A DNA stretch of 64,000 nt from NCBI GenBank assembly GCA_965198235.1, contig OZ240248.1, forward strand, positions 3,520,001 through 3,584,000. Reading direction: 5' to 3'. Shown in pieces: positions 30,911 through 42,470 of the stretch. How positions within the stretch are numbered: position 1 is the first letter of the stretch; every line of letters starts with the position of its first letter. The notes under the pieces are model-generated. The model ran no database searches and was not told the DNA's origin. It worked only from the letters and a program-made list of their open reading frames with translations. Origin of the DNA: Candidatus Poribacteria bacterium. Lineage in GTDB: Bacteria; Poribacteria; WGA-4E; WGA-3G. Made by a program: the position numbers and the translations under genes.

Positions 30911-31378
30911 ATGGCAGATGTAGGAAGTGCTGCACCGGATTTCACGCTTACAGGTGCGGTTAACCAAGAAGATGTTGAAGTTTCATTGAGCGACTACACA
31001 GGTAAAAATGTAGTGGTTCTTTTCTATCCACTCGCTTTTTCCCCGGTCTGTGCTGAACAGGTGCCGGATTTCAACGAAAGTTTGTCAGCGATTCAAGCGA
31101 AAGATGCTGAAGTCATCGCAATCAATCGCGATTCAACGTTTGCCCATAAGGCATGGAGTGAGGTGCTGGGCGGTGTTGATTTCCCGCTCCTCGCAGATAT
31201 GAACCTTGCCGTTTCTAAGGAATTCGGTATGGCAATCGAAGAGGTCGGTATTACCACGCGTGGGGTCTTCATCATCGATAAGTCTGGAAACATCGCCTTC
31301 AAACACGTCGAAGCGGTGCCACCGGATAATACGCTGTCAGCTGAGCAAGTTCTGGACGAGCTGGACAAATTGCAATAG
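30911..31378 (+). CDS. Peroxiredoxin (AhpC/TSA, AhpE-like, 1-Cys)
   Basis: APDFTL, FYPLAFSPVC, FPLLAD, RGVFIID; AGGAGG RBS. Confidence 0.9.
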   Translation: MADVGSAAPDFTLTGAVNQEDVEVSLSDYTGKNVVVLFYPLAFSPVCAEQVPDFNESLSAIQAKDAEVIAINRDSTFAHKAWSEVLGGVDFPLLADMNLAVSKEFGMAIEEVGITTRGVFIIDKSGNIAFKHVEAVPPDNTLSAEQVLDELDKLQ

Positions 31379-31513
31379 GTATTCTGGAGTAACCGGGACC
31401 GTAAGCACGGTCCACGTGCCTCGACCATACGGAAAAGCGGGCATCTGGCGAAACTTGCAAACCGTGATTGTATACCATGCCAACGCCCGTTTTTCATTTT
31501 AATTTTGACAACA

Positions 31514-31542
31514 TTGACAATGCCAAACGGATATGGTATAAT
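31514..31542 (+). promoter_or_regulatory. Consensus sigma70 promoter for tRNA-Gly
   Basis: TTGACA-17 bp-TATAAT, 9 bp before the tRNA. Confidence 0.8.
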
Positions 31543-31551
31543 ACCATTAAT

Positions 31552-31623
31552 GCGGGTGTAGCTCAGCGGTAGAGCGTCAGCTTCCCAAGCTGAGGGTCGC
31601 GGGTTCAATTCCCGTCACCCGCT
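31552..31623 (+). tRNA. tRNA-Gly(CCC)
   Basis: GCGGGTG/CACCCGC acceptor stem, TCAGC-TTCCCAA-GCTGA anticodon arm, GTTCAA T-loop; CCA not encoded. Confidence 0.95.
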
Positions 31624-31680
31624 TCAATATTTGCCCACTTGAAATATTTAACTGGAAATCGCCTGAAATTGAGGAAATCC

Positions 31681-32784
31681 ATGGCACGAGACCAACGATT
31701 AACGAAAGAAGAGATCCAAGAAGATAAATTTATTGAAGGACTTCTGAAAACCTACCAGTTCCTTAAAGAGAACCTGCGAACCATCGTCATTGTAGTGGGA
31801 GTAGTCCTTGTTGCTATCGCAGGCTATGCGGCATATTATCAGAATCAGGAGAGCCGCCGCACTGAAGCAACTATCGTACTGCGAGAAGCCACCGAAGCCT
31901 ATCGAACCGCCGAGCAGAGTCTTTTCGATGCAGATAAATTAGCGGAAAGTGAAGAATCTCTCACAACCTCACAGACGCAACTTCAACAGGTCTTTGAGAA
32001 GTATCCGAATACCGCTTTTGCTGACAAGGCACGGTATCAATATGCAAGTTCACTCTATTATCAGGGCAACTACGCAGAAGCACGTTTGCAATTCCAACAG
32101 GTCATTGAAAACCATCAGCCCGAAAATCAGATGTACAGCCTGTACGCACAGAAGGCAATAGGCAACACCTACGAACAGGAAGGCACCTACGAAAAAGCCA
32201 TTGATGCCTATCAGGTAAAAGCATTCCCGCCCACACCAGACCTCTCGCCAGAGATTCGGAAGTTCGTACTTGCCGAAGCCAAATTTAACCAGGCAATTGT
32301 TTATGAAAAGTTAGGGGATGCCGATGCAGCGCGTGCCGCATATAAGGAGATCATGGATGAGTTCCGGACGACCCTTGAAGCAGGCCTTGCCCAAAAAAGT
32401 CTTGAAGTAATTGAAGATGCCAAAGTGGTTATTGCTGCCATCGGTGAAGCGTTGGATCTCTCAAATGCGGAAAAACTGGAGAACGAAAAGCGTTACTATG
32501 ACGCTTATGTCGCGTATGCCGACGCGATTCGCACCTACAAAGTCAATAAAGACATTCAGGGTGGATTGTCCACGGAACTTCGAAAGCAGATCGGGAGTTT
32601 TGAAAAAGAGGCGATGACAATCATAAATAGCGTTCAAAACGCCCGTCGCTACGACGACGAAGGCGAAGAAAGTTCAGCACTCTACAGTTATGATCTGGTT
32701 GTTGAATTTGAAAAACTGGGGTTAAGTCGCCGCCTCTATGAGAACGCACTGCTCCATTACAAGCGTCTTGGATCTGCCCAGTAA
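31681..32784 (+). CDS. Membrane-anchored TPR protein (YfgM-like N-terminus)
   Basis: KEEIQEDKF, single TM helix, YPNT..A, TPR-like helical repeats. Confidence 0.75.
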   Translation: MARDQRLTKEEIQEDKFIEGLLKTYQFLKENLRTIVIVVGVVLVAIAGYAAYYQNQESRRTEATIVLREATEAYRTAEQSLFDADKLAESEESLTTSQTQLQQVFEKYPNTAFADKARYQYASSLYYQGNYAEARLQFQQVIENHQPENQMYSLYAQKAIGNTYEQEGTYEKAIDAYQVKAFPPTPDLSPEIRKFVLAEAKFNQAIVYEKLGDADAARAAYKEIMDEFRTTLEAGLAQKSLEVIEDAKVVIAAIGEALDLSNAEKLENEKRYYDAYVAYADAIRTYKVNKDIQGGLSTELRKQIGSFEKEAMTIINSVQNARRYDDEGEESSALYSYDLVVEFEKLGLSRRLYENALLHYKRLGSAQ

Positions 32785-32837
32785 TTTGTTGTCGTTTTAC
32801 CAACAATTTTTCTACCTTTATTTAAGGAGCAGGAATA

Positions 32838-33860
32838 ATGCTTTATAAATATAGTCGTCCTCCTTTTTTTGCTTCCAAAACCGTTGGATTCGCTCTTTTG
32901 GCGGTGCTTTTTTTAGTCCTTATCCCGTTTGTATCATTAGGTAAAGCCGCACCCACAGGACACCTCGCTTATGCAGTCAACGGATTCGATGAAAATCTCG
33001 GGCGCTTCGATTGGAATCTCTATACGACGGCAATCAAAGGCACTAAGGATTTGAGAGCTACCCCTTTGAACCATAAAGGGATGTATCCCTCGTGGGGTCC
33101 GAACGGAGATATTCTCTATTTCATCCAACGGGATGCTGGGCACTCTAATGTTTATTCCATTAATCCTGAAAATCCGAAGAATAAGAAATTAATTACGCCA
33201 ACTGCTGGCACATATCGATTTCTTTCTGTTTCTCCCAATGGCAAAAAACTCGCTTTCAACGGTTGGACAATAAACCAGCTTCCTCAAGAAAACCAGATTT
33301 GGATGCTGGATATCGAGACCGGCGAGATGGAAGTCATGACGCAAGTGCCACACCTGGGCTGGCCCTTTTCATTTTGGGGAATGTCCTGGTCACCGAATAG
33401 CAAGCGGATCGCTTTTTCGCTCTCCAGACCCGGCTGGTTAGAACATCTCTATCTCTTAGACGCTGAAACCAAAGAGATAGAAATCTTGACCGAACTCCAT
33501 AAAGATTTTTATCCTGTGTGGGCACCCGATGGCCAACGCATCCTCTTTCTTAGATGGAACAGAGAGTTCGATACGTTCTGCACAGTCGATATTGAAACTA
33601 AAACAATTGAGACGTTGTTCGATGTGGACAAAGCCACGGGTTATTGGGCAGACTGGTCGCCTGAAGGCGACTATATAGCCTATTCCCGGTGGGGCTCCCT
33701 CTATCTTTACGACCTCGCTACCGATGAAACTGAAGTGATGGTCGAAGTTGATGGGAGCGTCTTTGTCATTGCTTGGTTGCGTGATGGGAAGATATTGCCG
33801 GTTGAACCTCAGCAAAAGTTAGTCACGACTTGGGGCAACCTTAAGCGCAAGAATTATTAG
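32838..33860 (+). CDS. Secreted TolB-like beta-propeller protein with conserved C-terminal tail
   Basis: Signal peptide; SPNGKKLAF, WSPNSK, WAPDG, WSPEG; tail PVEPQQKLVTTWGNLK. Confidence 0.8.
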   Translation: MLYKYSRPPFFASKTVGFALLAVLFLVLIPFVSLGKAAPTGHLAYAVNGFDENLGRFDWNLYTTAIKGTKDLRATPLNHKGMYPSWGPNGDILYFIQRDAGHSNVYSINPENPKNKKLITPTAGTYRFLSVSPNGKKLAFNGWTINQLPQENQIWMLDIETGEMEVMTQVPHLGWPFSFWGMSWSPNSKRIAFSLSRPGWLEHLYLLDAETKEIEILTELHKDFYPVWAPDGQRILFLRWNREFDTFCTVDIETKTIETLFDVDKATGYWADWSPEGDYIAYSRWGSLYLYDLATDETEVMVEVDGSVFVIAWLRDGKILPVEPQQKLVTTWGNLKRKNY

Positions 33861-33922
33861 TTAAAAGTAGTAGGCACACTCCGTGTGCCATAGCTCTAAG
33901 CACACCGAAAAAGGATAGACTG

Positions 33923-36340
33923 GTGTTATCCAGCGTTGAAAAAGCGTTAGAATACGACAAAATCCGGACACTTCTGAAAAAGTACACCGCTTCTCAACTC
34001 GGGACTGCGCGTGTTGACACCCTCACGCCATCTTCTGACATCGATAAAGTTCGCTATCTGCTCACATTATGCAGTGAAACAAAATTCTTTCATCAAGTTT
34101 ACGGCGGAATCCCGCTGAATGGTTTGAAGGATATCCGAAAATCGCTAACCCATGCTGCGAAGGTAGGCGCAATTTTAGATGCTGAGGAACTTCTTGATGT
34201 CCGAAAGGTCGCGCAGATTCCCGAAGACATCCATCGTGCTTTTAAGAAACGCGAGCGAGAGGAGTTTCCCAACCTCTTTACTATTGTTGATGCGCTGCCG
34301 GTGTTTCCAGAGTTAGTTGAGGCGATTAGTTATTGCATCGATGCGGAGGGAATGTTACTGGATCGCGCAAGTCCTGAGTTGCGCACCATCCGTCGCAAAC
34401 TGTCGCGTCTTCGTGAAAATATACACCAAAAACTGGAAGCGACACTGCGTTCACCAGAACATCAGAAAGCAATTCAGGAGCAGGTCATCACCTCTCGAAA
34501 CAATCGGTATGTCATCCCAATAAAGCAGGAGGCACGGTCATCTTTTCAAGGCGTAGTTCAGGGGCAATCCACAAGCGGTGCAACCTTTTTTGTAGAGCCT
34601 TTGGACATCGTTCAGATGAACAACGCACTCCATGAAGCCGCTGAAGCCGAACAACGTGAAATTCGACGCATTCTCCTTGAGCTCACCGATCGCGTGCGCG
34701 ACAACCTACACGAATTGGAACTGTCTCTTAATCTGTTAGCAGAGTTCGATTTCTTGAACGCAAAGGCACGTTTTAGTCTCGCGTTAAACGCTGTTGAACC
34801 GAAACTGAATACCCGTGGCGTTGTCAAATTGATTGAATCACGGCATCCGTTGTTGGAGTTCCATCTTCAGAACGAGCGTCCGTCAGCCCCTGATTCTGAT
34901 AAAGGTCCGGATCTACCAACGCATGTTGTTCCGACAAACATTCATATCGGCAAAACGTTCAATACACTGATTATCACCGGTCCGAATACGGGTGGCAAAA
35001 CCGTTGTTCTCAAAACGGTTGGGCTTTTAGTACTCATGGCACAATCCGGTTTGCATATCCCAGCGGAACACGGGAGTCAGGTTGCTATCTTCGACCAGGT
35101 CTTCGCTGACATTGGCGATGACCAAGGCATAGAACAGAGTCTGAGTACTTTCTCCTCACATATCACTAAAATTGCGGAGATGCTTAGGAAAATCGAGCAC
35201 GCCGAACATTCGCTTGTGCTGCTGGACGAGATCGGTGCTGGAACGGATCCCAGCGAAGGGACTGCCCTCGGTATGGCACTCCTTGATTGGCTTGGAGAAA
35301 GACAGGTTAATACGATCGTCACGACGCACTATGGTGCACTCAAGGCGTATGCCCATACACAGCAAAGTATGGAAAACGCTTCAATGGAGTTTGACTGGAC
35401 GACCCTGCGTCCGACCTACCGACTACAGGTAGGTATACCTGGAAGTAGCAATGCCATAAAAATTGCCTTGCGACTCGGAATCCCCTCTGAAATTCTTGAT
35501 GAAGCACAAACACATTTGGGCAATAATAACGTGGCTGTCGAAGATCTCCTCGTGCGTTTGCAGCAAACACAAGATGAATTGGAAACAGAACGTGCACTCC
35601 TACACGATAAAATTCAAGAAGCTGAGGTCGCATCCCAGAAACATACACAACTCCTTCAAACCCTTGAAACAGAACGGAATACCTTAAAACAGCAGGCTGA
35701 GAGTGAAGCTCGCGACATCGTTGCCAACGCACGCAAAACCATAGAGAAACTTGTCGCTGATATTCGTAAACAACAAGCCTCTAAAGCCAGTATCCAAAAC
35801 GCTTTTTCAGAGATAGAGGTTGCCAAAAAATCGCTGAAGAAGGAGCTCCCGAAAAAACAGCCTAACCAACCGAAGCTCAAAGTTAACGTCGGTGATAAGG
35901 TCAGAGTCAAGAAACTCAACCGATTTGGAGAGGTCACCGCTATTAAACCGCGCGGTAAAACGCCACTTCAGATTCTGGTTGGGAATATGCGAATGCAAGC
36001 CGCCTACCACGAAATCGATTCCGTGCACCCGAAACAAGAAACATCACACCTTTCGACATCTGTACTCGATATCCAATATAGTAAATCCAATACAATCAAT
36101 AGCGAGTTGAATATCCGAGGGTTGCTTGTAAAAGAGGCATTAGACGTGACCGATAAGTATCTCGATGATGCGTATCTCGCGGGTCTCCCGACAGTTCGTA
36201 TTCTTCACGGCAAAGGGACCGGCGCGTTGCGAAAAGCCGTTCATGACGAGTTGCGTGAGAATCCACGTGTAACCAAATACCAGCTTGCCCCGCTCAGCCA
36301 AGGCGGTGAGGGCATAACCGTCGTCACATTTAAAGAGTGA
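33923..36340 (+). CDS. mutS2: Endonuclease MutS2
   Basis: TGPNTGGKT, DIGDDQGIEQSLSTFSSH, LLDE.G.GTDP, TTHY, C-terminal Smr HGKGTG. Confidence 0.95.
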   Translation: MLSSVEKALEYDKIRTLLKKYTASQLGTARVDTLTPSSDIDKVRYLLTLCSETKFFHQVYGGIPLNGLKDIRKSLTHAAKVGAILDAEELLDVRKVAQIPEDIHRAFKKREREEFPNLFTIVDALPVFPELVEAISYCIDAEGMLLDRASPELRTIRRKLSRLRENIHQKLEATLRSPEHQKAIQEQVITSRNNRYVIPIKQEARSSFQGVVQGQSTSGATFFVEPLDIVQMNNALHEAAEAEQREIRRILLELTDRVRDNLHELELSLNLLAEFDFLNAKARFSLALNAVEPKLNTRGVVKLIESRHPLLEFHLQNERPSAPDSDKGPDLPTHVVPTNIHIGKTFNTLIITGPNTGGKTVVLKTVGLLVLMAQSGLHIPAEHGSQVAIFDQVFADIGDDQGIEQSLSTFSSHITKIAEMLRKIEHAEHSLVLLDEIGAGTDPSEGTALGMALLDWLGERQVNTIVTTHYGALKAYAHTQQSMENASMEFDWTTLRPTYRLQVGIPGSSNAIKIALRLGIPSEILDEAQTHLGNNNVAVEDLLVRLQQTQDELETERALLHDKIQEAEVASQKHTQLLQTLETERNTLKQQAESEARDIVANARKTIEKLVADIRKQQASKASIQNAFSEIEVAKKSLKKELPKKQPNQPKLKVNVGDKVRVKKLNRFGEVTAIKPRGKTPLQILVGNMRMQAAYHEIDSVHPKQETSHLSTSVLDIQYSKSNTINSELNIRGLLVKEALDVTDKYLDDAYLAGLPTVRILHGKGTGALRKAVHDELRENPRVTKYQLAPLSQGGEGITVVTFKE

Positions 36341-36356
36341 GGTCCTACATAGAATT

Positions 36357-36467
36357 GTAGGTTGGGTTGAACGAAGTGAACCCAACTCCCCCAACTAACC
36401 GAGGTAGGTGCGGTTTCCTAACCGCTGATGGTTTCCATATATGGTAGGTGTGGTTTTCAACCGTACC
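36357..36467 (+). repeat. Three consecutive GTAG-type REPs
   Basis: GTAGGTTGGGTTGAACGAAGTGAACCCAAC, GTAGGTGCGGTTTCCTAACCGC, GTAGGTGTGGTTTTCAACCGTACC. Confidence 0.7.
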
Positions 36468-36508
36468 GGGTTTGAAGTAACAGCATAATACATAAAGGCA
36501 GATTCACT

Positions 36509-38344
36509 GTGAACAGCCCCCAGACAAGAGCCACTGTGCCACGCGAAACAATTGATGAGATTCGGAGCCGAAGCGATATTGTTGAAGTTGTCTCCGAGTG
36601 TGGTGTTGTTCTGCGTCCTGCCGGTCAGAGTTACAAAGGGCTCTGCCCATTTCACGATGAGAAGACACCCTCCTTCACAGTCTCACCTCAAAAGCAGATG
36701 TTCTACTGTTTTGGGTGTCAAACGGGTGGCAATGTCATCTCTTTTGTGCAAAAGTATGAAGGTAAGAACTTCATTGAGACGCTGGAGTGGTTAGCGGGTA
36801 GGCTGAATATCGACCTCCCGAATCAAGACGCTCGCGAGAGTGCTAACCGAAAAAGGGTCACATCTTTAGAAGACCTCAACCGGTTTGCAGTGGAATACTA
36901 CCACAACCAACTTCTGATTGATAGAGCGGGTGCCTCAGCGATGCAGTATCTCAAGCACCGTGGTGTTCAACTGAAAACGCTCCGTTCCTTCCAGTTGGGC
37001 TACGCAAAGTCTGGGCGACGCGATCTTATTAAAGTCGCGACAGATAAAGGCTTCAGTGTCCAGCAACTCATTGACGCTGGGCTCATTAAGGATGAAGATC
37101 GGGGGCCTCAGGATCGATTTTGGAACAGGGTCCTTTTTCCGATTCAGAATGAGCGCGGTGTACCAGTCGGTTTCGGTGGACGCTCGCTCTCTGAGGAACA
37201 TCAGCCGAAGTATTTAAATTCTCCCGCGACGGTTCTATATGATAAGAGTAATGTCCTTTACAACCTTGACAAAGCCCGTCAATCTATCTACAAGAAGCAG
37301 CATGTCCTTCTTGTAGAGGGCTATATGGACGTTTTGATGCTTTTTCAGTCTGGGATTGAGAATGTAGTCGCGTCCTCCGGGACCTCATTGAGCGAAAATC
37401 ACGCGAACTTATTGAAGCGGTTTGCTCCCGAAGTTATCATTGTCTACGACGGAGATGCCTCCGGTTTCCAAGCTGCACAACGCGGGTTGCACCGACTGCT
37501 CGCAGAGGGGTTGCGGGTGCGTATTGCCCTGCTACCCACAGGAGAAGATCCAGATTCATTTACGCGGCAACACGGAGCTGCCGCGTTCACAGAACTCACA
37601 GACAAAGCGATAAATCTCATCGAATTTCAGATTCAAGCTGCCATCCAACGGCAGGACATTCATCGAGTTGACGTGAAAACACAGGTCGTCAAAGAGGTTG
37701 TTGAGACACTCCTGAACCTCAAGAATCGGGTAGAGCGGAACGAATACATCAAATACGCTGCAAGGGAACTTCATGTGGAGGAGTCGGTACTTTGGCAGGA
37801 ATTGCGAGATGCAGGGTTCAAGGAGATGCCTACTTCCAATCAGCAGAGGCGAACCAAGACAAATAACCGAAGGTTGACACCCCGCGCACAAATTGAGCGT
37901 CAATTGATTGAAGCATTAATTCAAAGTCCAGCGTTAATTTCCTATGTCAAATCTCAATTTGACCATCAGAGTTTCACGGAACCTCACTTTGTTAGAATCG
38001 CGCAGTTGCTGTGGGAGGCTTGCACGGACGGCGAGGATGTAGATATCCAAACCCTAATTAATGAATGCCCTGACGAAAAACTAAGCGCGTTCATTTCGAG
38101 TGCGATTCTACAGGAAGCACCTCCACCGAATCTACAGGCACGGGTGGAGGGGTGCCTTAAAAAACTACGGCATTTCCTGTTGCGAGATCTTGAGCAGCGT
38201 GTTCGCTCACACGCACTCGCTGAGGGGGCTGATGAAATGGAAACCCTTAAGGAGTTGGTGAAACTCTCGAACCAAAGACGTGCCTTACGCGATCGCGATA
38301 TTGTGGACACTCAGGGTGAAAACCCAAATAAAGGAGGAAGTTGA
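36509..38344 (+). CDS. dnaG: DNA primase
   Basis: [15 protein letters not shown] zinc domain, PKYLNSP, VEGYMD, YDGD, DPD. Confidence 0.95.
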   Translation: MNSPQTRATVPRETIDEIRSRSDIVEVVSECGVVLRPAGQSYKGLCPFHDEKTPSFTVSPQKQMFYCFGCQTGGNVISFVQKYEGKNFIETLEWLAGRLNIDLPNQDARESANRKRVTSLEDLNRFAVEYYHNQLLIDRAGASAMQYLKHRGVQLKTLRSFQLGYAKSGRRDLIKVATDKGFSVQQLIDAGLIKDEDRGPQDRFWNRVLFPIQNERGVPVGFGGRSLSEEHQPKYLNSPATVLYDKSNVLYNLDKARQSIYKKQHVLLVEGYMDVLMLFQSGIENVVASSGTSLSENHANLLKRFAPEVIIVYDGDASGFQAAQRGLHRLLAEGLRVRIALLPTGEDPDSFTRQHGAAAFTELTDKAINLIEFQIQAAIQRQDIHRVDVKTQVVKEVVETLLNLKNRVERNEYIKYAARELHVEESVLWQELRDAGFKEMPTSNQQRRTKTNNRRLTPRAQIERQLIEALIQSPALISYVKSQFDHQSFTEPHFVRIAQLLWEACTDGEDVDIQTLINECPDEKLSAFISSAILQEAPPPNLQARVEGCLKKLRHFLLRDLEQRVRSHALAEGADEMETLKELVKLSNQRRALRDRDIVDTQGENPNKGGS

Positions 38345-39885
38345 TGATGGATTTCAAGGATCATCCTACTCTTGATTATCTGGATGCCGAGGGCAACGAT
38401 GAACTCGGATACGAAGATGAAATGGCAGAAATAGCCGCAGCAAGCACAAGTTACACGGACGATTCTGTGAAGGTGTACATGCGCGAGATGGGGAAATTTC
38501 AATTGCTTGATAAGAAGCAAGAGGTTGAACTCGCTAAGCAGATTGAGGCGGGACATCGTACGGCTCATGAAGCAACCTTCGGCACAGCACTCGCTATTAC
38601 TGCAGTTCGGAAACTTCTCTATAAAATCGTCACAGTTAAAAAGCGTGCCTCTGATATTATTGATATGCCTGTTTCTAGTACCTCGACCCAGAATAAGGAA
38701 CGCAAATTACGCGAACAGGTCAAGAAAGCGTTGGGTGTACTTGAAAACTTGGAGATGGAACGTCTCACCGTTACCCCGCTTCCTGCTGCTGAAAACGGAG
38801 GGAAAACCCCTGCGAAATCGAAAACCCGTACCAATCTCATTAAGACGCTCGAAGAGCTGAAGATTGACCGGGAGGAGATTAGCAAAATTTCTGACCTCGT
38901 CAAACAAGCCGAGTATCAGATTAGCACCTGGGAAAGTGAAATCCAGGACCTTCAGCAGACACATGATATCCCCGATGAATGGTTCAACGGGAGTAACGGA
39001 GCTGAGCGTCAGTTTGAAACTGATGTTGCGAAGGCTGCCTATGTAAACATCGTTCGTTTACAACGCAATATACGACAGCACATGACCGAAATTGGGGTTC
39101 CACGAGAACGGCTCAAGGCTCTCACACAGCAGATTGACAAAGGCGAATCCGCAGCACAAGACGCGAAGATGGCGATTGTTGAAGCGAACCTCCGACTTGT
39201 TGTCAGCATTGCAAAGAAGCATAGGCACCGCGCATCGGGACTCGAATTTCTCGACTTAATCCAGGAGGGAAATATCGGGTTGATGCGGGCGGTGGACAAA
39301 TTTGATTATCAGCGCGGATATAAATTTAGCACCTATGCCACATGGTGGATTCGACAAGGTATCACACGTGCTATTGCTGACCAAGGACGCACGATCCGCA
39401 TCCCTGTCCACATGCACGAGCGGATTAACAAAATCAGGCGTGTGCAACGTTCGCTCTTACAGGAATTAGGCACCGAACCATCGGCTGAACAGATCGCCAC
39501 AGATCTCAGGATTTCCCCCAATAAGGTCAACGAAGCTTTATCAGTCGCGCCTGAAACAGCCTCTTTAGACACCCCGATCGGTGAAGAGGATGAGAATCCT
39601 CTCGGTGCCTTCATTATGGATGTTGACTCTCCTTCCCCTGTACAAGAAGCGGAATTAAATATACTCAAAGAGCAGATTCAAGAGGTCCTTTCCGAGTTAA
39701 ATGAACGCGAAAGAAGAGTGATTTCTCTCCGTTTTGGGATTGAGGATGGTTATCCAAGGACCCTTGAAGAGGTCGGCAATATCTTCAAGGTAACACGCGA
39801 GCGAATCCGGCAAATTGAAGCGAAAGCACTTCGTAAGTTAAGACACCCAAGGCGAAGTCGAAAACTTCGAGATTTTGTTAATTAA
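38344..39885 (+). CDS. rpoD: Primary sigma factor
   Basis: Region 1.2 [46 protein letters not shown]; follows dnaG. Confidence 0.93.
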   Translation: MMDFKDHPTLDYLDAEGNDELGYEDEMAEIAAASTSYTDDSVKVYMREMGKFQLLDKKQEVELAKQIEAGHRTAHEATFGTALAITAVRKLLYKIVTVKKRASDIIDMPVSSTSTQNKERKLREQVKKALGVLENLEMERLTVTPLPAAENGGKTPAKSKTRTNLIKTLEELKIDREEISKISDLVKQAEYQISTWESEIQDLQQTHDIPDEWFNGSNGAERQFETDVAKAAYVNIVRLQRNIRQHMTEIGVPRERLKALTQQIDKGESAAQDAKMAIVEANLRLVVSIAKKHRHRASGLEFLDLIQEGNIGLMRAVDKFDYQRGYKFSTYATWWIRQGITRAIADQGRTIRIPVHMHERINKIRRVQRSLLQELGTEPSAEQIATDLRISPNKVNEALSVAPETASLDTPIGEEDENPLGAFIMDVDSPSPVQEAELNILKEQIQEVLSELNERERRVISLRFGIEDGYPRTLEEVGNIFKVTRERIRQIEAKALRKLRHPRRSRKLRDFVN

Positions 39886-39960
39886 TGACGATACCTGCTC
39901 TCGCTTCGCCGTAGGAGGCTCTCCGAATCCCGACTCCTGACGACTGACGACTATTAAAAT

Positions 39961-39989
39961 TTGATTTTTAAAGCGAAATATGATATAAT
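39961..39989 (+). promoter_or_regulatory. Sigma70-type promoter for the tRNA pair
   Basis: TTGATT-17 bp-TATAAT with TG extension. Confidence 0.7.
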
Positions 39990-40013
39990 TTTTACACGAA
40001 CCCTGTTCTAAGG

Positions 40014-40086
40014 GGGCCCATAGCTCAGTGGTCAGAGCCGCCGGCTCATAACCGGCTGGTCCTAGGTTCGAGTCCTAGTGGGCCCA
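40014..40086 (+). tRNA. tRNA with CAT anticodon, probably tRNA-Ile2 (lysidine)
   Basis: GGGCCCA/TGGGCCC stem, GCCGG-CTCATAA-CCGGC arm; lacks initiator features; sits downstream of rpoD like E. coli ileX. Confidence 0.85.
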
Positions 40087-40097
40087 TACCCTTACGT

Positions 40098-40170
40098 GGG
40101 GCGTTAGCTCAGGGGTACGAGCGCTACCTTCACACGGTAGAAGTCACTGGTTCAAATCCAGTACGCCCCA
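40098..40170 (+). tRNA. tRNA-Val(CAC)
   Basis: GGGGCGT/ACGCCCC stem, CTACC-TTCACAC-GGTAG arm, GTTCAA T-loop. Confidence 0.9.
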
Positions 40171-40196
40171 TTGTCTGTCAAATCGAGGAGAGGTAG

Positions 40197-41267
40197 ATGG
40201 AAAGTAAGAATACCCCGAATTTTGTCCAAGCAGGGGTCAAGGCTATTGATTGCGACATCCATAACGAAGTCCCAAACTTACAGACGCTTTTCCCTTACAT
40301 GTCTGATTTCTGGTGCGACTATTGTAGTACCTCCGGCTTTAGAGGTCCCGATGCAAATGACTATCCGCGTGAGGCACCGCTAACGACGCATCCCGATGCA
40401 CCGTCCCCCTGGGATATGGATCTCGAACATGTCCGCGAACATCTGCTTGATGCTTGGAATCTCGAATACGGTATTCTCAACTGTGCCTATCGCGTGCAAA
40501 GCGTCCACAACCCGGACCTCGCTGCGGCTATCGCGCAGGCGATAAACGATTGGCAGATAGAACATTGGCTCGATCCCGAACCCCGACTTCGTGCTTCCCT
40601 TGTTGTTCCAAGCCAACTTCCGGATCTCGCCGCGAAGGAAATTGACAGAGTTGGTGATCATCCAGGGTTTGTCCAAGCGATACTCCCTGTCCGTTCACGT
40701 ACCCCATACGGTAACCGCATTCATCATCCGATTTACGAAGCCGCAGTCCGAAATAATCTCGCTATTGGCATCCATTACGGCGGTGCTCCGGGCAATCAGC
40801 CCTCTCCTACTGGCTGGCCCTCTACATTTTTAGAGGAATATAGTGGGATGACTCAGGTCTTCCAAGCACAAGTAATTAGCCTCGTTGCGGAAGGCGTTTT
40901 CGACCAATTCCCGGAACTGCGTGTCGTTCTGATTGAAAGTGGTTTTACGTGGCTTCCCGCCATGATGTGGCGGATTGATAAAGAGTGGCGAGGCCTCCGA
41001 AACAACACACCGTGGGTAAAACGTCCACCTTCTGAATACATGCGTAAGCACATTCGGTTTACCTTACAACCTATTGATTCACCCCCAACACCGAAACAAC
41101 TTCTTCAGATTATCGGGCAATTGGAGTCCGATGAGATGCTGATGTTTTCAACAGATTATCCGCATTGGCAGTTCAATACGCCCAACGATGCCTTCCCAGC
41201 GGAACTACCGGGCTCACTCGCTCGTAAAATTTTACACGAGAACGCACGTGCCTTCTATCAACTTTAG
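40197..41267 (+). CDS. Amidohydrolase_2-fold protein (subunit 1 of a putative oxygenase)
   Basis: IDCDIH, GIHYGG, LIESG, FSTDYPHWQ. Confidence 0.85.
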   Translation: MESKNTPNFVQAGVKAIDCDIHNEVPNLQTLFPYMSDFWCDYCSTSGFRGPDANDYPREAPLTTHPDAPSPWDMDLEHVREHLLDAWNLEYGILNCAYRVQSVHNPDLAAAIAQAINDWQIEHWLDPEPRLRASLVVPSQLPDLAAKEIDRVGDHPGFVQAILPVRSRTPYGNRIHHPIYEAAVRNNLAIGIHYGGAPGNQPSPTGWPSTFLEEYSGMTQVFQAQVISLVAEGVFDQFPELRVVLIESGFTWLPAMMWRIDKEWRGLRNNTPWVKRPPSEYMRKHIRFTLQPIDSPPTPKQLLQIIGQLESDEMLMFSTDYPHWQFNTPNDAFPAELPGSLARKILHENARAFYQL

Positions 41268-41306
41268 TCTGTTTTCACTTTATTAAGTCTTTTGGAGAAA
41301 AACGCA

Positions 41307-42383
41307 ATGGAAAACACAGCGACGAAACGTTCTAAATTCCCAGTTATTGATTGCGATGTCCACAACTCTATCCCACCAGGAGGTCTATCCCCCTATCTGT
41401 CCGAGCGGTGGCAGGAGCACTATAAGACTTTCGGGCTCCGAAGCCGTATTGGTGGCTATTATCCGCGTGCGGTCCTCAATGCCGCACGGCGGGACGCATG
41501 GCCCCCCTCAGGACTCTCTCCCGGTGCAGATTTAGAGTTCATGCAGGAGCAACTGCTGGATGCATGGAATATCGAATACGGCGTGCTTAACCCGCTAATG
41601 CCTGTTGGTGAGCAGCTGAATCTTGAATTTGGTGCCGCGTTAGCACGGGCGGTCAACGATTGGCAGGTCGCCGATTGGGTGGAGCCTGAGCCACGCCTGC
41701 GTGCCTCTATTGTTGTTCCTTATGAGGATGGAGACCTTTCTGCTGAGGAGATCCACCGATGTGGTCCAAACCCAGCATTTGTCCAAATTCTGCTCATCGC
41801 TCGCACCAAAGATCCGCTTGGCAACCAAAGATATTGGAAAATCTACGAAGCCGCCGCTGAGTATGATTTACCTATCGGTATCCACTTCGGCGGCGTTGCC
41901 GGTCCTATCACGGGTGCCGGGTGGCCCTCCTATTACATCGAAGACCACGGGGGTATGCCGCAAGCCTTCCATACCCAAGTCATCAGTTACGTCATGGAAG
42001 GCATATTTGACCGTTTTCCGACGCTCAAGATTGTCCTCATTGAAGGTGGATTCGCATGGCTCCCACCGCTTATCTGGCGACTTGACGCGACGTGGGAAAA
42101 ACTGCGTGCCGAGGTGCCTGATCTTAAACGGAAACCCTCGGAATACATCCGAGATCATTTCTGGTTCAGCACACAACCGATGGAGGAACCGCCGAAGCGG
42201 GAGTATTTTGAGCAGCTACTGGAGCAGATGGACATGAACGACAAACTTATGTTCGCCACAGATTACCCGCATTGGGATTTTGACTCTCCTGACCGTGCTT
42301 TGCCCAGTTTCCTGAAACCGGAACTGCGTCGTAATATCTTAGGCGAGAATGCCCGCAATCTTTACGCATTTGATAAACTGTAG
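41307..42383 (+). CDS. Amidohydrolase_2-fold protein (subunit 2 of a putative oxygenase)
   Basis: IDCDVH, GIHFGG, LIEGG, FATDYPHWD; paralogue of the preceding gene. Confidence 0.85.
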   Translation: MENTATKRSKFPVIDCDVHNSIPPGGLSPYLSERWQEHYKTFGLRSRIGGYYPRAVLNAARRDAWPPSGLSPGADLEFMQEQLLDAWNIEYGVLNPLMPVGEQLNLEFGAALARAVNDWQVADWVEPEPRLRASIVVPYEDGDLSAEEIHRCGPNPAFVQILLIARTKDPLGNQRYWKIYEAAAEYDLPIGIHFGGVAGPITGAGWPSYYIEDHGGMPQAFHTQVISYVMEGIFDRFPTLKIVLIEGGFAWLPPLIWRLDATWEKLRAEVPDLKRKPSEYIRDHFWFSTQPMEEPPKREYFEQLLEQMDMNDKLMFATDYPHWDFDSPDRALPSFLKPELRRNILGENARNLYAFDKL

Positions 42384-42470
42384 TGAGGGTTTCCTCTTAA
42401 AATAGGTAGGCGCGCTTTGTAAGCGCGCCAATCTATCACTGACTACTGACAACCGACAACTGATAACTAA

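Noticed and set aside
30911-31378. Peroxiredoxin as a further selenoprotein
   Set aside because: The peroxidatic residue is an ordinary TGT Cys and the ORF is uninterrupted
31395-31497. Possible sRNA between the peroxiredoxin and tRNA-Gly
   Set aside because: Two imperfect hairpins are adequately explained as terminator or repeat remnants
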